A stretch of 10,656 nt of DNA, taken from NCBI GenBank assembly GCA_043228905.1, contig JBHGNT010001246.1:1-10656 (forward strand), given 5' to 3'. Shown here piece by piece: positions 7,020-10,656 of this stretch. This stretch comes from Azolla caroliniana. Taxonomy: Eukaryota > Plantae > Polypodiophyta. How positions within the stretch are numbered: the stretch's first letter is position 1; each line of letters begins with the position of its first letter. A model generated the notes under the pieces. The model was not told the origin of the DNA. It did no database searches and worked only from the letters and a program-made list of their open reading frames with translations. Made by a program: the position numbers and the translations under genes.

Positions 7020-8868
7020 GCTCTTTCGTTTCTGGATGCTCAATAATGACAATGGTATTATAGTCATGAAGATCAAGGGCACACTATATGAGGGCTATAT
7101 ATGGTGCTGTAATAATGTGGAATAGATTTGTTGGTGATGAAACTAGGGTTTCGATGGTGGTATCTGAAGATATGAGTGCGATGATAAGACATTCGCATAA
7201 TCGGGAAAGAATCAAATCGGAATAGGTTTTTGTGTGTTATCTTGTTATGAGAATGATATGTTTGATACACACCAAGTGTGTACATCACGAAGTATATGTT
7301 CAGTTAGTCTTGAGATTTAGGTGTCTATATGTATCGAATCCTACAAATGAGCATTCATTTTTTTCATGCACTTCATAATATGTATGGAGGCGAAATAATA
7401 ACCAGAATATGGAATGATATGTGAACAATTCTGTAATGCTGAAAATTCAAGCCATGGGTTCAGTTGATTAGATAGAATGATAAATGAGAGGAAAATGTGT
7501 TGTGTGATGAAAATAAACATCTCTCTCATCATTCAGAATCGTAAAGATTGAAAAACCATAATTTCTTATTGCTCTCATTGTCTTCTTGATAGTAGTACAA
7601 TGTAGGGTTAATGAGAGTTGTGTGTTCTAAAAAGTTTATGGCTAGTTGCTAATTTTATTCAATGTGTTTTCGCTATTGTCCTCATTCCTGATATAGTCTA
7701 GCCATTACATCAGATGCCATCATGGTTTGTGTGGCTATGGGAATTAGGGTGAGTTAGGAAGTCCATTGATATCTATATAGTAGATGCAATCAATCTACCA
7801 AATATGGTATCACCATCTAGGATTGGAATGATGCTACTCCAGATCTAAGCTATACATGAAGATAAGTGTGAGTTTTGCTAAAGTAGGATTTTACAGCCAA
7901 CAGAATATTATCAGATAATGTCGGCCTTTCCATGATTATGTTGTTCATCACATATGAGTCATTTGCCAAGTTATATATTTATTATTCGATAATGCAATGC
8001 AACATATTCTCATTCTTATTTGTACTTTCAAGGTGCCAAATTAAGTATATAGAAATTGGACCATGCTCATTGTTCACTTGAAAGATGGACAGCCAATGAC
8101 AGCCAATGGAATTTTAGTTTTAAATTAATTATTAGGGACCCTTTTCCAAAAATGAATGTTTCTTTTCATGTTGAAAACCCGTTATGAAATTGTCAAAATC
8201 CTCTCTTTGGTCACTCAAAACTTGATATTGTGTTTGTTTCTCGTTAATTCACTTTCTTTAGTTTTCCTATGTGGTAATTTTTCTCATGTGTAGTAACATG
8301 TTAGTTTGGATTTTTACATGTTTGTTTAATTCGAACTTATGATCCAGGACCCCACATGATTCACATCACGTAGGAGAATAAATTTATTTGTGAGATGATG
8401 AACCCCTTGGGATCTAGGTGAATATAGTCTCTTTGAACTAAGGATTGAAACTGTGTGGAAACAAGGAATTTACACCTTGATATATTAACATGAAGGAGCA
8501 CCTCGCAAGTGGTATGCGAACAAATGTGAAAGCTAGGTGTTGTTGACTTCATGAATAACATCGAGGCCACCTTGTTTTGTTTGGAATTTGGCATTTAGGC
8601 CATTACCAATCAAGTAATAAGTACAAAGTCTACAACTTTAATTTGCAAGATGACTAGATGGTGACCAATTGCTACAATATCATATGATCACTTTGCTCTA
8701 ATTAAGCAAAGGTGTTACAAAAGCCTATTGTGATTAAAGCACCTTCAACAATGATGAAAGGCATTTGTCAGTCCTAATATTGAGAAAACTATGCCTTCAA
8801 TGGCCCCACTAACAATCAGTAATGGTTGGCTCGATTCATTTTGGGAGCTTCAAATACAAAATGTTTCA

Positions 8869-9010
8869 AACCAAATAGTTCTAGAGATTACAAACTAAAA
8901 ACCATTTTGAAACTAAAAACTGAACCAAGTCACAAAATTCTTTAAATTCAAATGAAAGCGTTATAGGAATTTCCAAGGTCGAACCAAATAGTTCTAGAGA
9001 TTACAAACTA
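8869..9010. repeat. Dispersed exact 29-bp direct repeat, 113-bp period
   Basis: AACCAAATAGTTCTAGAGATTACAAACTA at 8869-8897 and 8982-9010. AAACTAAAAAC also occurs twice (8892-8902, 8910-8920). Confidence 0.9.
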
Positions 9011-9121
9011 TTAAGCCGTGATTTCACAGTTTCGTTTTGGTTTCACTCTATACCAAATTATCATAGGCTTGACAAATGTACACTCAATTTTTCAAAGATA
9101 TATTCTTTTATTAACAAGCAC

Positions 9122-10656
9122 TTTTTTTTTTCCCAAAATGAAGCTACTTTCCCATTAGTTAGGAAGGATTATTACAAAGAGACTGTACAAGGAGGCTTAA
9201 ACTTAGATCAGGGAATCTCCCTCTGATCAAGTTCAAGAAAATGAGACTAGTTACATCGCCTTTCGGACTGACTACTTAATGTAAGTATCTACAGCTAAAA
9301 CGGTGCCCTTCAGTGATGACTAGTACGAGACAACTCTTGGGGTTGACAGCAAAGGGAGGGTGGTAAGTGAGCCGGAAACAGCCAATGTGGGGGCTGGTAG
9401 TTCCACCTCGGGCCACTTCCTCCGTGTGTCACCATAGGCGTGTTTCGCCATTTCTGCCAAAAGCGCAAACGGGCAGTGCCCACGTCAATGGAATGGCTCC
9501 AAACCTCGTCCAATTGCCCTCGTAGGCAGCTAATAAGTGCAAACCATATGTCCATGATCACTTTCTTTGGGGGCCGCACCAGATCCTGGAAGACCTTTAG
9601 GCAACACGCTTTCCATACATACCACAGGGTGAAGCCTGCGATCAACATCCAAATGTCCGAGAACCTAGGGGATGCGGACTGCAAGCCTCTCTCAAATCGA
9701 ATCTTGGCAATTTTGCCTCTCATGCATACGTAGCACCAACTATCCGCATTGAAGGCATCTGTCCACCTATCAACGGAGTGATCAAGCCATGCCGCAACAC
9801 TCCACGATGTTGTTCCTTCCACTTCACATGCCGCAAGGAGGCGAGTCACACTAACCCATACCTTTTGAGCGTGACGGCAATCCCTCAGAGTTTCAATAGG
9901 TGAATGGCAAAGTGAGCAGCCAAACGGGCCGCCACGTTTACCTAGCCATTTGCCAACAGGAACCACATTATGACCGATTTGCCACCAAAAGAACTTTATC
10001 TTTTCCGGCAAGTGGAGAGCGAGAGACCCTTCCCAAAGGTAATGAGCACCTCATCAGGGATGCCCACTCTACGCCAGCCATTGCGTAAGGGGCCGTCTAG
10101 TTGCAATTGAAAAGTCTGACCCAGTTTAGTGTTGTACTCGAAGAAATGGCGAAATCTGCCATCACGTTTCCACCTGAAATCTCCTGGGTTCCATTCTAGT
10201 TCGATGAGGGGACGACAACCATATACCCATAACTTCCAATGGGGTTCCACCTTAGCAACATCCGGGTCTGTCTTCCAAATGTTACCAACATGCGCCACCA
10301 CGCGGATTGGGTGCCAAGAGCCTCTACTCTGACTCTCCCCAAAAATCCTATCTCTTCCCGATCCGCTCATGCCCTTCAGTGCCTTAACCCTTCCGGCCTC
10401 ATCAAAGAGACCGAACCAAGCATCTTCTCTCACCTCCCCCATCGGAACCTCATCAACTGCCTCAGCTATCAATCTCCGCATTTTCATGGCTCCCTTGAGG
10501 GGAGGAAGTGGGACCCCCTAGGCTCCTCCTAAAGCCATCGTGCGTCTCCAATCATCTAAAGAGTGAAGCCCTATTTGCGCCAGCTTTCCCCATGCTAGGC
10601 CCTTAAGCTGGCCTAACATCATGTCGTCACTTGTTCGCACCTGAGGGTTCCAAAAT
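9122..10656 (-). mobile_element. L1-type LINE retrotransposon, 3' portion (ORF2 C-terminus, ~180-nt 3' UTR, poly(A)); continues beyond the right edge
   Basis: Shift to higher GC. Minus-strand protein has the zf-RVT-type signature PEKIKFFWWQIGHNVVPV...CSLC...ETL..C..AQKVW and IW...TLWYVWK...VF. ORF stop at 9310-9312. T10 run at 9122-9131 is a poly(A) tail on the - strand. Confidence 0.85.
9310..10655 (-). pseudogene. Disrupted LINE ORF2 C-terminal region (post-RT region plus zf-RVT)
   Basis: The frame from 10655 reads FWNPQVRTSDDMMLGQLKGLAWGKLAQIGLHSLDDW...GGA*GVP...MKMRR, with an in-frame TAG at 10518-10520. A frameshift near 10012-10035 joins the 9996-10487 and 9310-10011 ORFs. Confidence 0.8.

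Noticed and set aside
8088-8107. GACAGCCAAT x2 tandem
   Set aside because: A trivial 10-bp slippage duplication with no further structure.
8869-9010. 29-bp repeats as a CRISPR array
   Set aside because: Only two copies, an 84-bp spacer, no cas genes and a eukaryotic context.
528-9300. The two inverted ~190-bp copies as terminal inverted repeats of a Pack-type DNA transposon carrying the gene
   Set aside because: The right copy is the 3' UTR of a LINE whose ORF2 continues outward, the poly(A) ends face inward, the copies are highly diverged and no TSD is evident.
9440-10532. Plus-strand ORFs within the LINE
   Set aside because: Antisense shadows of LINE ORF2.

Overview
Eukaryotic, land-plant-type genomic DNA, probably from a bryophyte, lycophyte or fern, although the sequence alone cannot fix the species. 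The one clear host gene is a two-exon major facilitator superfamily transporter of the SLC37/G3Pp family (putative glycerol-3-phosphate/phosphate permease) on the + strand: CDS 5059-6139 joined to 6236-6786, 543 aa, one 96-bp GT-AG intron. It has a microsatellite-packed leader, a Thr-Gly repeat in its first loop and a candidate 3'-UTR intron 60 nt after the stop codon. The right end (9122-10656, - strand) is the 3' part of a decayed L1-type LINE: ORF2 C-terminus with a zf-RVT zinc knuckle, 3' UTR and poly(A). The left end holds a decayed non-LTR ORF2 fragment (1-421) and a diverged ~190-bp copy of the same LINE 3' tail (528-720, +) that keeps a terminal stem-loop. The rest is AT-rich intergenic DNA with small local duplications and possible old transposon relics. 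No CRISPR array, RNA gene or convincing new multi-gene system is visible. The best leads are regulatory (possible NMD-coupled intron) and LINE 3'-end structure.
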